A DNA stretch of 64,000 nucleotides, from NCBI RefSeq assembly GCF_026210795.1, contig NC_089429.1, positions 4,960,001 through 5,024,000 of the forward strand, given 5' to 3'. The translations under genes were made by a program, and so were the position numbers. Shown here in pieces: positions 63,019 through 64,000 of this stretch. The notes under the pieces are model-generated. The model saw only the letters and a list, made by a program, of their open reading frames with translations, was not told where the DNA came from and did not search any database. The DNA comes from Rhizophagus irregularis. Its lineage: Eukaryota. Numbering within the stretch: the first letter of the stretch is position 1; each line of letters starts with the position of its first letter.

Positions 63019-63999
63019 TTATTTTGTACATAAGATATAATTAAAAATATCACAATCTTTATATTTTAACAATTTACCTAATTCATCTACTTTGATTTCA
63101 TCTTTTTTAGTCCCAATTCCACGTTGATAACATGTTCTAAGATTATTTATTGAATCACGATGACCCTTTTCAGCTCCTTTTTTATATAATTCAAATGCTT
63201 TAACTTCATTTTTTTCAGTTCCAGTTCCTTTTTGATAACAACACCCAAGACTAAATATTGAATCACAATGACCTTTTTCAGCTGCTTCTTTATATGATTC
63301 AAATGCTTTGATTTCATTTTTTTCAGTTCCTAATCCATATTGATAACATGTACCAACTTGATATAATGCATCTGTATGACCAATTTCTGCTGCTCTTTTA
63401 TATAATTCAAATGCCTTACTTCCACTTCTTTCATCAGTTCCTATTTTATAATGATAGCACTCTCCAAGGCTAAACATTGAATTAATATTACCTTTATCAG
63501 CTGCTTTCTTATAAAATTCAAATGCTTTGGTTTCATCTTTTTCAGTCCCTATTCCATATCTATAACAATATCCAAGGCTATCCATTGAATCAATATGACC
63601 TTTTTCAGCTGCTTCTTCATATAGTTCAAATGCTTCAATTTCATTTTTTCCAATTCCTATTCCGTGTTGATAGTAATATCCAAGATTATTATTTGCAGCT
63701 ATATGACCTCCTTCAACTGCAGCCTTATAATGCCTAAATGCTTCTATTTGATCTTCCGAAATTCCTATTCCATATTGATAACATTTTCCAAGAGAATAAA
63801 ATGAAGCTAAATTACCTTTACCAGCTGCATTCTCGTATAATTTAAATGCTTTGATTTCATTTTTTTCCGTTCCTATTCCATACTGATAACAATATCCAAG
63901 ATTATATATTGAACTAATATGATTCTTTTCAGCTGCTACCTCATATAATTTAAATGCTTTAATTTCATTTTTTTCAGTTCCTATTCCTTTTTGATAGTA
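63019..63999 (-). CDS. Sel1-repeat protein, C-terminal part (~9 repeats; starts beyond window)
   Basis: The frame is open from the window edge to the stop at 63019; repeats LGxCYQxGIGTEKNExKAFELYxxAAEKGH. Confidence 0.9.
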   Translation of the reverse strand, partial: YYQKGIGTEKNEIKAFKLYEVAAEKNHISSIYNLGYCYQYGIGTEKNEIKAFKLYENAAGKGNLASFYSLGKCYQYGIGISEDQIEAFRHYKAAVEGGHIAANNNLGYYYQHGIGIGKNEIEAFELYEEAAEKGHIDSMDSLGYCYRYGIGTEKDETKAFEFYKKAADKGNINSMFSLGECYHYKIGTDERSGSKAFELYKRAAEIGHTDALYQVGTCYQYGLGTEKNEIKAFESYKEAAEKGHCDSIFSLGCCYQKGTGTEKNEVKAFELYKKGAEKGHRDSINNLRTCYQRGIGTKKDEIKVDELGKLLKYKDCDIFNYILCTK

Positions 64000-64000
64000 A

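Overview
A very AT-rich eukaryotic window with short GT-AG introns. The gene families (BTB-BACK-SPRY proteins, tyrosine-kinase-like kinases with Cys-rich N-termini, Sel1-repeat proteins, and relics of a MATA-HMG box and a TLDc domain) point to an arbuscular mycorrhizal fungus (Glomeromycotina, Rhizophagus-like); this assignment is inference. It is a TE-dense, fast-evolving region. It holds five intact intronless BTB-BACK-SPRY paralogs plus many fragments, four TKL kinases, a second Sel1-repeat gene running off the right edge and a P450 pseudogene. One kinase carries 37 highly similar Sel1 repeats and another has a MULE transposon in intron 1. Mobile elements include the 5' part of a Ty3/Gypsy element (LTR, PBS, Gag with a ~640-aa N-terminal extension), a related solo LTR, three non-autonomous hAT elements with exact 8-bp TSDs, Tc1/mariner-type MITEs, LINE 3' ends and a decayed hAT transposase. 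The strongest signals are two receptor-like systems with variation confined to predicted binding surfaces: the Sel1-repeat non-RD kinase and the SPRY loops of the BTB adaptors. An array of hairpin-forming micro-exons at 34.0-34.5 kb is also unexplained. All translations and alignments were done by eye; no database searches were run.
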